NCBI GenBank assembly: GCA_048938895.1
Contig: JBHLLU010000010.1
Span: 1-64,000 of the forward strand
Source of the DNA: Promethearchaeota archaeon
GTDB taxonomy: Archaea; Asgardarchaeota; Lokiarchaeia; Sigyniarchaeales; SOKP01
Length of the DNA stretch: 64,000 nucleotides
Direction of reading: 5' to 3'
Shown here: piece by piece, positions 49,451 through 60,199 of the stretch
Layout of the letters: every line of letters starts with the position of its first letter
Position numbering within the stretch: the first letter of the stretch is position 1
The notes under the pieces: model-generated
Told to the model about the DNA's origin: nothing
The model's database searches: none
What the model saw: only the letters and a program-made list of their open reading frames with translations
Position numbers and translations under genes: made by a program

Positions 49451-50686
49451 TTAATAATCTTGGTCTTGATTTAACTTATGAGTTTCTTTTTCCACTTCAT
49501 CCTCATCGGTAATATCAACACTTTCCAACGATGTTATTGCATCTTGTTCATCTGTTTTTGAAGGAGGGAGAAAAATAGTCTCTTTCTCCTGATCTATTTT
49601 TGTCTTTGTTTGGCTCTTCAGTTTATAATATTTACAAATTTCATATGTTCCAATAGCTATTAATAACAATAAGAAAAATGCCAAGACGGCTACATTTTTA
49701 ACGAGATTTATGAGATTATTGTTTAAATCTGCCAATTGATTAATAAATAGATAATCGATATCCTCAAATAAAGAATATGGGAAAAAGTGGATAAATTCAA
49801 ATGCTACTTTTGAAAGTATTAACCAGATAATGACTGTATCAAGTTTGAATCTTTTAAATCTTTTGCTAAGTAATTCTGCCTGTGATCCCATGAGAGTACT
49901 CAGAGAGTAGAATATAATAAACATATCTGGAATGATCATACCGAGATATGCCCAGATAGTATTGATTTCTTCAGAAATAGATTCAAGGTTAACAATACCA
50001 AGATAGATTTTTAATACCAAGAAAAGCGTGTAAAAAGAAACTAAGAGAGCAAAAATACCAAACCATCCTGCAAATACTTTTTTGAACATAAAGATAATTG
50101 ATATAGCTGTAAGTCCAAGTAATATTCCCCCAACGAGAATATAAACACCATTCAAGTACCATGGAACTTCAATTGGGTCTTCAATTACTATAGAAAAATC
50201 AAAAATTGTTGGTCCAATTACACACAGGAATAAAAATAGAATTGAACCAACAATACCGCCTATATAGATCAAAACTCTTATGAAAGATTTGGCTTTAGAT
50301 ACTTTATATAGTCTATTATCAATATTTCTACCAAGTAAATAAGCACCATAAAGAATAAACCAAGAAGAAAAGAAGAAATACGAAATTATAGAAATTGCGA
50401 AAAGAATAATGAGTAATATTGAAATTAAGAGCATTATTGGCAAAGAAATTAGCAAAAACAAGATAACTTTCCACGCGGGGTATTCAAAAATGTCTTTCTT
50501 TGATATCAGAGACAATAAGAATAAGAACATAAGAAATACTAAGAAAGGAAGGAATATGATTATACCTATGAAAGAAACTATAGGATCTGGGAAGGGTATT
50601 ATTGCTATACCAACTAATAACCATATTACAATAACTAATAATCTCCAATTTTTACCTAATTTCTTAAAATTATCAATAATATCCAT
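49451..50686 (-). CDS. Hypothetical multi-pass membrane protein with acidic tail
   Basis: Numerous hydrophobic helices. Confidence 0.75.
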   Translation of the reverse strand: MDIIDNFKKLGKNWRLLVIVIWLLVGIAIIPFPDPIVSFIGIIIFLPFLVFLMFLFLLSLISKKDIFEYPAWKVILFLLISLPIMLLISILLIILFAISIISYFFFSSWFILYGAYLLGRNIDNRLYKVSKAKSFIRVLIYIGGIVGSILFLFLCVIGPTIFDFSIVIEDPIEVPWYLNGVYILVGGILLGLTAISIIFMFKKVFAGWFGIFALLVSFYTLFLVLKIYLGIVNLESISEEINTIWAYLGMIIPDMFIIFYSLSTLMGSQAELLSKRFKRFKLDTVIIWLILSKVAFEFIHFFPYSLFEDIDYLFINQLADLNNNLINLVKNVAVLAFFLLLLIAIGTYEICKYYKLKSQTKTKIDQEKETIFLPPSKTDEQDAITSLESVDITDEDEVEKETHKLNQDQDY

Positions 50687-50786
50687 AAAAAATTAGTTAT
50701 ACTCCATATATTTAAACTTTCTGATTCAAATGAGCGATTTAAAAAGCCTATAGCATATTGTATTTAGGGTGTAGACTCGATTTGGA

Positions 50787-51590
50787 TTATTTTATAAATT
50801 CTGTTAAGTCTTTTTGAGGATTATGGCTATGAAAGCTTATAGCAAATTTATTTCTGAGATTATTTACACTTTCAGGGGCTGATCCCTGAAAATGGTTATT
50901 CACAATGATAAAAATTTCAAATACTTCTGGGATTTTAAGTAATTTTTGAACATTCTTATACAGATTTTTTAAAATTTTTCCCTGATCCCTCTGAATTCTG
51001 TTAAAAACAGTTAATTCTCTATCCCCGATTAATCTAATATAATAATAATATTGATCTTCTAAGTAAAAAGGTTTAATTCCAGGCATATATGTTGTTCCTA
51101 GTATTATTTTATTCCCATCGATAAGCTTAGAAAGGATTACTGGATTAAACCAAGAATTATCTCTAAACTCGATAATATATCGATAACCTGAGGGAAGTTG
51201 ATTAATTAGGCTTTTCATTTTACCGAAATGATTATCTGTGTATTTAAACCATGGCGGGAACTGCAAGAGGAATGCGATTGCTTTTTCCTTCAAGTGACTT
51301 AATATAGAGAAAAAATTTATTATGTTTAAGTCTAATTCAGGATCATCTAAATTATGAGTGATTTTTTGCCATACTTTTACAATAAAACGAAAATTTTCCG
51401 GAACTCGGTTTTCCCAATTTTTTACTATATCTATGGTTGGTATATTATAAAAAGTAGAATTTATCTCAACTAAATCAAAATTTTTTGAGAAAAATTCTAA
51501 ACGGTGGGCTCTCTCTAATTTTTTTGGATAAAAAGATCCAACCCAATCATTATAATCCCATCCAGCAGTTCCTATCTCAATTTTAGCCAT
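50787..51590 (-). CDS. DUF72 domain protein
   Basis: IGTAGWDY, VEINSTFY, LLQFPP, EFRDNSW, YIRL, NNH. Confidence 0.92.
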   Translation of the reverse strand: MAKIEIGTAGWDYNDWVGSFYPKKLERAHRLEFFSKNFDLVEINSTFYNIPTIDIVKNWENRVPENFRFIVKVWQKITHNLDDPELDLNIINFFSILSHLKEKAIAFLLQFPPWFKYTDNHFGKMKSLINQLPSGYRYIIEFRDNSWFNPVILSKLIDGNKIILGTTYMPGIKPFYLEDQYYYYIRLIGDRELTVFNRIQRDQGKILKNLYKNVQKLLKIPEVFEIFIIVNNHFQGSAPESVNNLRNKFAISFHSHNPQKDLTEFIK

Positions 51591-51764
51591 GGAAAGAATG
51601 CTTACATTAAATGTATCTTATACATTCAATGAATTTATATTAAAATAATTATTTTTTATGAAAAATTAATTTGAATTTAAAGATTTAAAATAGAAGTGAG
51701 TTTTAAAATATATAGAAAGAAAGATATAAATAATTCTGCTTGAAAATATAATTAGTGATTTAAA

Positions 51765-52496
51765 GTGAGTATAGATTGGACAAAAATAGAAGAAAATCCC
51801 AAAAAGAAGCATTCCATAGACGGTACTATTTTGTTAGACTTCAGAACGACTAATGAGGATTTAGAACTAAGAGTAAAACAATTGGTTAAAGAGTTAGAGA
51901 AAAAAGCAGAGAATTTAGAAAATGTAAAGAAGAAATTAGCTGGTCGAGAAAAAAGTCTAATTCAACTAACAGAAAAAAGATCAACAGCTAGAAAATCGCT
52001 TGACAATATAAAAGAAGAAAAATTGCATACAGATATAAAAGTGACACAATTAACAGCTGCAAAATCCGATCTAGAAAAAAAATTAAATGATTGTACAAAG
52101 AAAATCTCAACCTTAGAAAATCAATTTAAACATGTTGTGAAAAATTCAGAAGGATTTGAACAGAAGTTATTCCATAAAGAAAAAGAAATTCAAACCAAGG
52201 AAGAAGAGATGTTAAAGAAAACTAAAGAGATACTTGCTAAAGAGAAAGAAATTCAAAATTTAAAATCTCTTTTGGGCCAAAGAGATAAGGAAATTGATTT
52301 TCTCAAAAAGAATTTAGAGGTTGAGAAGGGAAAAACTTCCTATCAAATCAAACAAGTTGAAGCTCTTGAGGCGAATATGGCAAAATCAGAAAGTATTATA
52401 GGTATGATAAACAAAATTAAAGAATTACTTCATGTAAAAGGATTTCTATCAGATAAAGAATTTGAAGATCTATATTTAACTTTAAATATCTCGTAG
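51765..52496 (+). CDS. Long coiled-coil protein (paralog of 52686-53420)
   Basis: MSIDW.K.EE.P head, heptads, KGFLSDKEF tail. Confidence 0.8.
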   Translation: MSIDWTKIEENPKKKHSIDGTILLDFRTTNEDLELRVKQLVKELEKKAENLENVKKKLAGREKSLIQLTEKRSTARKSLDNIKEEKLHTDIKVTQLTAAKSDLEKKLNDCTKKISTLENQFKHVVKNSEGFEQKLFHKEKEIQTKEEEMLKKTKEILAKEKEIQNLKSLLGQRDKEIDFLKKNLEVEKGKTSYQIKQVEALEANMAKSESIIGMINKIKELLHVKGFLSDKEFEDLYLTLNIS

Positions 52497-52685
52497 GACA
52501 TTTTAAGAAAATTTATTCATCTTGAAACAAAGTTTAATAACACCATCTTACATTATAGATTAATATCGAAATAAAATATTGCCTTAAGAATTATATTTTA
52601 ATAAAAGATATAAATTTCCTAACCAGAATTAAATATAAGTTCATTTAATTTACAAAAATTAAAAAATTGTTAGGGTGGTTAAAAA

Positions 52686-53420
52686 ATGTCGATTGATTGG
52701 GCAAAAGCGGAAGAAAGACCAGATAAAAAGTTAGCTATTGAAGGAAAGGTCTTATTAGACTTAAGATCAAAAATAAATAATTTGGAAAAGCAATTAGCTC
52801 AGAAAACAAAAGACCTAGATAAAACATCAAATGATCTTAAAGCGACAAAAGAAAAATTATCTGACGTCTCGAAAAAAGCAGAAGAGCACTCTAAAAACCT
52901 CGTGGAGACCAAAAAAAATTTTGAACGTGCTAAAGAAGAAAAACTTTATGCAGATGCTGAAATTAATAAAATTAAGGCCTCAAAGTCAGAACTAGAAGAA
53001 AAACTGTCAGAAACTAATTCAAAAATTACGGAATTTGAAAAAAAATTGAAAGAATCTTCATTAAAGGTAGAAACTCTAGAAAAAGAAAAAAATAGTGTAT
53101 TAGAAAATTATGAGCACGAAAAATCAAGTGTTAAGGACGAATTACAGCAAAAAGTAAACGAAATTGAAGCTCTTAAAAAGGAATTACAGTCAACTAAATC
53201 AGATAAATATGTCGAAATTGAAACTCTAACTAATGAGAAAGATGCTCAAGCAAAAGAAGTAAATGCACTTAAATTAAAAATTGAATCTCTTAAACAATCA
53301 GTTGCTGAAGCTAAAGGTGCACCTCAACTTATAGCAGAGATAAAGGGAATCATGGTTCATAAGGGTTTCCTTTCAGATAAAGAATTTGATGATTTACTTG
53401 AGAAATTAGAAAGTACATAA
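52686..53420 (+). CDS. Long coiled-coil protein (paralog of 51765-52496)
   Basis: Same head and tail motifs. Confidence 0.8.
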   Translation: MSIDWAKAEERPDKKLAIEGKVLLDLRSKINNLEKQLAQKTKDLDKTSNDLKATKEKLSDVSKKAEEHSKNLVETKKNFERAKEEKLYADAEINKIKASKSELEEKLSETNSKITEFEKKLKESSLKVETLEKEKNSVLENYEHEKSSVKDELQQKVNEIEALKKELQSTKSDKYVEIETLTNEKDAQAKEVNALKLKIESLKQSVAEAKGAPQLIAEIKGIMVHKGFLSDKEFDDLLEKLEST

Positions 53421-53443
53421 TAAATTCTTTTTATTGTATTAGA

Positions 53444-54538
53444 ATGGTTAACTTAATTTGGAATACGAAAGTTGATATTAGTACCAATATAGATGAATTA
53501 AAAAATAAATTTTCCAATTTTTTTGAACTTTTAATTATTGATTCTTATGCTAAAGAGAAAGAATCCCACATTAATTTAAAATATGAAAATTGGAATAATA
53601 AGTTATTTTGGAGTGATAATTTTAAAGTTATATTATATCTACTTAATGATTTTGAGAATAAAATCGATTTAATTTATATAGATCCCCCTTTCTTTTCTGG
53701 TATTAATTATAAGATTCAAATTAAAGAAAAAGATAAGATCTTTGATTTAATTGCTTATTATGATCACTGGAAGAAGGATTTAGATTCATATTTACAAATG
53801 TTATATGAGAGAATAATCCTATTCAAAAAGTTGCTATCAGATACGGGTCTCTTGTTTATTCATTTAGATTGGCATGCGAGTCACTATATACGATTGATAT
53901 TAGATGAAGTTTTCGGGAACGACCATTTCGTAAATAATATAATATGGTATTATTATAATAAGTACTCTGCAGGTAAGAAAAATTTACCACGTGCTCATGA
54001 TGATATCCTTGTATATTCCAAGACAAACAATTATACTTTAAATGAGATTAGATTACCACGAAAAAGACCAAGAAAGCAATTAATGCGAGTCAATGTAAAT
54101 GGGATCTTGAAAAATGTAAAAGATAAAGATGGTCATGTAAAATATCGTATGGTGTCTGATAAGAAATTAGATGATGTCTGGAAAATTCCATGTTTACAAC
54201 CTGCTTCAAAGGAATGGACTGGTTTTCCTACTCAAAAACATCATGAATTACTTGAGAGAATTTTAAGATTGGGCTCTAATGAAGGAGATTTGGTGGCTGA
54301 CTTCTTTTGTGGATCTGGTACAACTCTTTTAGCCGCAGAAAAGTTAAAAAGACGATGGATAGGGTGTGATATTTCTAATTATTCAATTTATATTACACGA
54401 AAGAGAATATTGAAATACCATAAAAAGAATCAGAACGAATATCCATTTGAAATTTTTACTCATATTGACGATAAAAAAGAGGAAATTATTAAATCAGGCT
54501 TTTTCCAAAAAGATCTTTCAATAGAAAGAAAAAAATAG
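53444..54538 (+). CDS. N4/N6 DNA methyltransferase (beta class)
   Basis: IYIDPPF, FPTQK, DFFCGSGTT. Confidence 0.92.
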   Translation: MVNLIWNTKVDISTNIDELKNKFSNFFELLIIDSYAKEKESHINLKYENWNNKLFWSDNFKVILYLLNDFENKIDLIYIDPPFFSGINYKIQIKEKDKIFDLIAYYDHWKKDLDSYLQMLYERIILFKKLLSDTGLLFIHLDWHASHYIRLILDEVFGNDHFVNNIIWYYYNKYSAGKKNLPRAHDDILVYSKTNNYTLNEIRLPRKRPRKQLMRVNVNGILKNVKDKDGHVKYRMVSDKKLDDVWKIPCLQPASKEWTGFPTQKHHELLERILRLGSNEGDLVADFFCGSGTTLLAAEKLKRRWIGCDISNYSIYITRKRILKYHKKNQNEYPFEIFTHIDDKKEEIIKSGFFQKDLSIERKK

Positions 54539-54562
54539 AAATTTATAAAAAGATAACGATCT

Positions 54563-55999
54563 TTAACCGTTTCCCTCATGGAATTCTATATTATAACCGA
54601 GATATTTTGAAACTGCCTCATAGACTATATCTCCAACATGAGTTAGGGTAGCAGCAACGTGATGAGCAAAACCACCTAAACATAGTGCCTTTAATAAATT
54701 TTGCAAATTAGGAATTTCAACCACGCCAAAACCTCCAAATGTGTTTAGTGGATCTTCAGTATATCTACCTTCTGCTAATATTGCTTTGATTTTTCCGAAC
54801 AAATCGTCAGTTTCAATTCGGAGTAATGTACAGGGTTTAGTTTTAATTCTACCTTGGATAGCCCCAAAACTTACATCACCTCCTTTTAAATCTGAAATTA
54901 TAGGATGAATTGTCATTTTAGTATCTTGAAAAAAAGATTTTGGAAGGTTACTGCAATGAAACAGTATCATTTTATTTGGATCATCTCCATAATTATTATT
55001 CCAATCGAGGATTGCAGAAGGTGTATCTGTAGCTGTTTGTAAAATCAACATACCTATTAAACCAGGAATGTCCACCTCGCAAGCAGCAGGAACCAACCCC
55101 TCACTAAACATGCTCATCACGGCGCAAGGCACAATACCAAAATTATCTTGAATTGATGGCCAACATTGGAATGCAAAACCATCAAGTTCATTTTCTTCAA
55201 CCCAATCCTCAATTACAATTGCCAATTTTGCTAATTTAAGAATTGCATCTTCTGGAAAAGATGTAGTTGAAGTGTAATTTCTAATAAATTCAATTTTATT
55301 TCTAATTCTTGGTTCATCGTCTCGTATTTGTTGAATTAAACCAAAAATTTCAGATAAATCAATTGGTTCAATACTTATACCGTTAAATTCTAAAATTTTT
55401 TCACTGTACCTAACTGTTTCAAAAGCGTTTGGTCGAGTTCCAATTTGACCTAACCTTGCATTTTGCAGTTTTTTAACAATTCTACAGATTTTTTCGAACT
55501 TTATGAGATCTTCTTTAAATATATCTGATTTTATAGGGCAAGTATGATGTTTTGTAAGAGTAAAGGGGATACCATATTGATATAATACACTTGTTACAGA
55601 TATCTTTCCACAGAAAGCATCTCTTCGATGACGTCTATCCATTTTCTCAAGTTCATCCGAAGATGCATGAATCAAAACAGGGACATTAAGATTGGCTATC
55701 TTCAGGGTATTTGCTACACCTTTTTCATCACCAAAATTAGGAAGTATTACTATAATTCCACTTATTTTTTCCTTATTTACCTTAAATAATAAAGCTGATT
55801 TTTTAGCATCTTCATAAGTCTCTACACATCCAAATTTAGAATCCTCCTCACTTAAAATAATGTAAGCATAATCTAGCTCGTTCATAATATCTATAATTTC
55901 GAGCCTTCCTTCTTTTGCTAGATGATCCGGGAATACATCACGATTTCCTACAATGATTCCAAAAGTAGTCTTGGGGGATGTTTTTAATGTTAATCCCAT
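54563..55999 (-). CDS. L-fucose/L-arabinose isomerase family protein
   Basis: NFGDE, RRDAFCGK, QCW, ACEVD, FHC, FAHH. Confidence 0.85.
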   Translation of the reverse strand: MGLTLKTSPKTTFGIIVGNRDVFPDHLAKEGRLEIIDIMNELDYAYIILSEEDSKFGCVETYEDAKKSALLFKVNKEKISGIIVILPNFGDEKGVANTLKIANLNVPVLIHASSDELEKMDRRHRRDAFCGKISVTSVLYQYGIPFTLTKHHTCPIKSDIFKEDLIKFEKICRIVKKLQNARLGQIGTRPNAFETVRYSEKILEFNGISIEPIDLSEIFGLIQQIRDDEPRIRNKIEFIRNYTSTTSFPEDAILKLAKLAIVIEDWVEENELDGFAFQCWPSIQDNFGIVPCAVMSMFSEGLVPAACEVDIPGLIGMLILQTATDTPSAILDWNNNYGDDPNKMILFHCSNLPKSFFQDTKMTIHPIISDLKGGDVSFGAIQGRIKTKPCTLLRIETDDLFGKIKAILAEGRYTEDPLNTFGGFGVVEIPNLQNLLKALCLGGFAHHVAATLTHVGDIVYEAVSKYLGYNIEFHEGNG

Positions 56000-56088
56000 C
56001 GTTTAAATCTCGCATGTAATTTTAAAAAATTTAATTAAGTAATTTAATTAAAGAATTTAAAACTAAAATAAAATTTGCTAAGAATTCA

Positions 56089-57351
56089 ATGAATATTTTC
56101 CTTAGAATTAAAAATTTAATTAAACGTTTTTGGGAGCATAAGATATTTCGATTTGCTATACTTCTTCAATTATTTTACTTTTTTCTATCGATTATTTTAT
56201 TTCTACTAGTTTATAGAGAAAAAAATGATTTTGTTATTTTTTACAATGTTGGTGATATATTTCTTAATGATGTTGAGAATCTATACAATCAAGCTTATTA
56301 TTTATGGGATTTTAGATATTTTCCTTTATCTGCACTGTTTTTTCTCCCTTTTTCAATACTCCCTTTTGAATTAGCGTTTGTATGTTTTAATATATTTAAT
56401 TTTTTGCTGAATATTTTAATTTCTGTAATCCTCTATAAAATCATTAAGCTTGTTAGGTTCAAAAACCATGAAAAAGATGATAAAAGAGTGATATTATACA
56501 TATCAATATATTTAATGGGTTTACCTCATATATTGAATTATATATATGGACAAATTAATTTATTTATAACATTATTTATTTTAATTTCTCTTTATATTTT
56601 CCTTGAATATGAATCTCTTAAGTGGCAATTAATAGGAAGTATAATTTTAGGAATAAGTATTATAGTCAAGCCGACTAGCTTTTTTCTAATTCCTTTTTTG
56701 ATAATTTTAACCATTGACTGGAGAAATAAGAAGATAAAGATTAATTTTATTACAAGCATGGTAAGATTAATAGGAGTTATTATCCCTGTATCACTTAATG
56801 CTATAATCTTTCTTATTTATCCTAGTCTTTTAAAAGGTTTTTTGGATACGAATTTCACAGGGACTAACCCTGTTGCGATGAACTTTTCTTTTAGTATTAC
56901 TAAACTTATCACTAATTTCTGCTACTTTAATAACTTCCCTTTTAGTCAAATCTTAGTGCTGATTAGCGTAATTTGTATTGTTGGGGGTTTGGGTTATATT
57001 GTATTTGTTTTTAGAAGATTTAAAAAAAATTCAATTATTTATGGGTATGCATTTGGCATTATTATTATGCTACTTACGTATTATGATTCATGGGATCATC
57101 ATCTTCTAAATTTGACCCCAATCCTTATTATAATAATGTTTAATCTTCCCCGAAAGTCGACAGTTTCAAATTCAATTAAAACTAGTCTATTTTTCTTTAG
57201 CTTTTTTGATTTAGCTTTTATAGGAATTTGGTATCTCATATATCCATTATTCCCATATAATTTTGAAGCTACATTTTTCTTGTTGCTCGTGTTTTATGCA
57301 GTTTCAAAGTATTGTTTGAAAAATAAAAAAAACTCCTCAGAGATGGTCTAA
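56089..57351 (+). CDS. GT87/DUF2029-like GT-C glycosyltransferase
   Basis: NDF..FY, FRYFP, GQIN, IVKP, WDHH. Confidence 0.8.
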   Translation: MNIFLRIKNLIKRFWEHKIFRFAILLQLFYFFLSIILFLLVYREKNDFVIFYNVGDIFLNDVENLYNQAYYLWDFRYFPLSALFFLPFSILPFELAFVCFNIFNFLLNILISVILYKIIKLVRFKNHEKDDKRVILYISIYLMGLPHILNYIYGQINLFITLFILISLYIFLEYESLKWQLIGSIILGISIIVKPTSFFLIPFLIILTIDWRNKKIKINFITSMVRLIGVIIPVSLNAIIFLIYPSLLKGFLDTNFTGTNPVAMNFSFSITKLITNFCYFNNFPFSQILVLISVICIVGGLGYIVFVFRRFKKNSIIYGYAFGIIIMLLTYYDSWDHHLLNLTPILIIIMFNLPRKSTVSNSIKTSLFFFSFFDLAFIGIWYLIYPLFPYNFEATFFLLLVFYAVSKYCLKNKKNSSEMV

Positions 57352-57353
57352 AA

Positions 57354-58118
57354 ATGAAACATCGATTATTTTTATTTGGTTTTTTAGTTTTTTTCCTCCT
57401 CAGCAGCAATATGGTTGCACAAGTAAATGCAATTAAATACAAAGCTGGTATTAAAGAAAGTGACAAATTAATATGGAAATGTAAAGTGTGTAATCAAGCT
57501 GAGATGAACCTCATTTTTGGTGTTGAATGGAACACGAAGGGATTTTTTCAAAATCTTAGTAAGGGATCTAATATGAAATGGGAAATAAATAATATTGAAG
57601 TAAATGAAACATCGATAAGAATGAATTTTAGTATATGGTTTTGGACTGAAAATAGAAATTGGGGTGTAAAGGTTAATGATTCTCAAATTATTTATTATAA
57701 AGATCCAACATCTTATTCTGAAGATATAAACTTTACGAACCATGGTTTTTTCGTCCCATTCTGGTTTCCTATACCCGTAGGAGATTTTATGGGAAGTTTG
57801 AATTTTAATGCATGGTATGATGTGGATAACAGAGTCTTACCCACACTTAATGTGGATATTCCTAAAGATGCCATCTCACCTGGTTTCCCTAATAAAGGCG
57901 TAAAGATTATTGCTATTTATAATGATCAAGGGATTTTAAGTTCATACAAGCTTTATATAAAAGGAAATGTCGTTATTATCGATATTTCTCTTGATTTTTT
58001 ACCATTTTATGTGTTACCTGTCATAATTGGATTATTCTCAATTATATCTATTATGGTTGTAGGTTATATTATTAGAAAATTAAAATTTACACAAACAACA
58101 ACTCTCAAAAGAAAATGA
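57354..58118 (+). CDS. Secreted protein with C-terminal membrane anchor
   Basis: Signal-like N-terminus; C-terminal hydrophobic helix followed by basic tail. Confidence 0.75.
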   Translation: MKHRLFLFGFLVFFLLSSNMVAQVNAIKYKAGIKESDKLIWKCKVCNQAEMNLIFGVEWNTKGFFQNLSKGSNMKWEINNIEVNETSIRMNFSIWFWTENRNWGVKVNDSQIIYYKDPTSYSEDINFTNHGFFVPFWFPIPVGDFMGSLNFNAWYDVDNRVLPTLNVDIPKDAISPGFPNKGVKIIAIYNDQGILSSYKLYIKGNVVIIDISLDFLPFYVLPVIIGLFSIISIMVVGYIIRKLKFTQTTTLKRK

Positions 58119-59383
58119 AGATAGTAGATATCTTAATTTCATTAAAAAGTCGGTTTAAAGAGCTCTGGGATTATAAAATATTTAAAACTGCAGTCTTTGT
58201 TCATGGAGGATATTTCATATTCTCTATAATTTTAACGCTTATATTCTTTCCAAAACAGAATGATTTCCTCGTGTATTATAATGTAGGTGGAGTTGCTTTA
58301 AAAAATTTAAATAATCTTTATACTACTTCATACAATTGGCCTTTTAGGTATTTACCAATGGCAGCATTATTTTTTATTCCGTTCAATCTAATGGGATTTT
58401 ATTTAGGATTTATTGTATTCAATTCACTCAATTTAATTATTAATATCTTAATTTCTGTGGTTCTGTACAAAATAATAATACTTATAAGAGCAAGTGATCA
58501 TGAAAAAGAGGAAACGAGAGTTATACTCTATATATGTATATATTTAATGAGTCTGCCTAACCTTTTTAATTACATTTTGGGCCAAATCAATTTGTATGTA
58601 ACATTATTAATTTTAATATCACTATTTATATTTTTGAAACATGAAGAACTGAAATGGGACTTAATAGCATGTTTTTTACTTGGAATTAGTATAATAGTAA
58701 AGCCAATCACAATTTTTATGATTCCATTTATTTTTATAATTCACTTTGATTTAACTACGAAAAAGCTTAAATTTAATTTCCAAAGAAGTTTGATAAGATT
58801 AATTGGAATTTTACTTCCTATTTCCGTAAATTTGATATTATTTTTTATGTTACCCGATTTATTAGATGGATTTATTACTGCAAACTTTACAAGCGCAGAA
58901 CCTTCTCAAATTAATCATTCTTTTAGTATAACTAAACTTGTCTTAAATTCTTTATATTTTATGGGACTCACGGAACAACAAGTGCTAACTCTACAAATGC
59001 CCATTTTTTTTATTATTACTTTTATATTTAGTATAATAGGATTCATTTCATATGTTATAAGAAGAACTACAAATTATTCATTAATTTATGGTTATTGCTT
59101 TGGAATATTAATAATGTTTCTTTGCTATTTTGATACCTGGGATCATCATTTATTAAATTTAATCCCTCTTTTAATCATTATCTTATTTAATTTCCCAAGA
59201 AAATCCAGTTATACCAAAAAATTTATCAAACCTGGTTTGTTTTTCTTTTGTTTTTTTGATCTTGCTTTCATGGGATTATTTTTTCTAACCAAAGAATTTT
59301 TTCCTTTTAATTTTGCCAGTACTATTTTTCTTTTACTTATCTTTTATTTATTGGTCAGATACTGTACCACGAAAAAAATATAG
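58115..59383 (+). CDS. GT87/DUF2029-like GT-C glycosyltransferase (paralog)
   Basis: NDF..YY, FRYLP, GQIN, IVKP, WDHH. Confidence 0.8.
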   Translation: MKIVDILISLKSRFKELWDYKIFKTAVFVHGGYFIFSIILTLIFFPKQNDFLVYYNVGGVALKNLNNLYTTSYNWPFRYLPMAALFFIPFNLMGFYLGFIVFNSLNLIINILISVVLYKIIILIRASDHEKEETRVILYICIYLMSLPNLFNYILGQINLYVTLLILISLFIFLKHEELKWDLIACFLLGISIIVKPITIFMIPFIFIIHFDLTTKKLKFNFQRSLIRLIGILLPISVNLILFFMLPDLLDGFITANFTSAEPSQINHSFSITKLVLNSLYFMGLTEQQVLTLQMPIFFIITFIFSIIGFISYVIRRTTNYSLIYGYCFGILIMFLCYFDTWDHHLLNLIPLLIIILFNFPRKSSYTKKFIKPGLFFFCFFDLAFMGLFFLTKEFFPFNFASTIFLLLIFYLLVRYCTTKKI

Positions 59384-59397
59384 GTCTAATAAGAATT

Positions 59398-60147
59398 ATG
59401 GAGATAATACCAGCTATAGATATCAGCAATGGAAAGTGTGTAAGGTTGTATAAAGGACGGAAAGGATCTGAAAAAGTATACTTTGAGGATCCACTTGAAG
59501 CTCTTAATTTTTGGATTAGTAATGGTGCAAACCGTATCCATATTATAGATTTAGATGGTGCTTGGGGCTCTGACGTTAACAAACAATTGGTCAAAAACAT
59601 TATTGAAAACACTAAAAATAAATTGAAGATTCAGATTGGAGGTGGTGTAAGAACTATTGAATCTGTGTTAAGTTTAATCGATATGGGGGTTGATCGTATT
59701 ATATTAGGTACATTTGCCATTCAAAATCCAAAAATTGTGAGTAAATTAATTGAAAAAATTGGTTCTGACAAGTTAATAATTGCAATAGATTATCTAAATG
59801 AAAAAATTGCTATTCATGGATGGACAAAACTCACAAATAGAGACCCTTTCATATTTGGGAGAAAATTAGAAAAAATTGGTGTAAAACTTATACTATTTTC
59901 GTCAATTAATGCAGATGGAACCTTACAGGGCCCTGATTTTCAAAATATTCAAAAATTAGTAAAAACTTTAAATAAAGTTTCGGTATTTGTAGCTGGAGGC
60001 GTTCGAGATGTTGATGATCTTGATAAACTGAATAAAATCGGTGTTAAAGGAGTAATTATTGGAAAAGCATTTTATGAACAGAAAATTCCATTTTCAATAA
60101 TCAAAAATTCTAAATATGATGATGAAAATATAATTAAAGGAGACTAA
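59398..60147 (+). CDS. hisA: ProFAR isomerase
   Basis: IIPAID...GKCVRLYKG, HIIDLDGA, QIGGGVR, DGTLQG, AGGV, IIGKA. Confidence 0.93.
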   Translation: MEIIPAIDISNGKCVRLYKGRKGSEKVYFEDPLEALNFWISNGANRIHIIDLDGAWGSDVNKQLVKNIIENTKNKLKIQIGGGVRTIESVLSLIDMGVDRIILGTFAIQNPKIVSKLIEKIGSDKLIIAIDYLNEKIAIHGWTKLTNRDPFIFGRKLEKIGVKLILFSSINADGTLQGPDFQNIQKLVKTLNKVSVFVAGGVRDVDDLDKLNKIGVKGVIIGKAFYEQKIPFSIIKNSKYDDENIIKGD

Positions 60148-60199
60148 GAATTAGTATAAAAATATAATAGAATTCCAAAATTAATTTTATTACTAGAAG

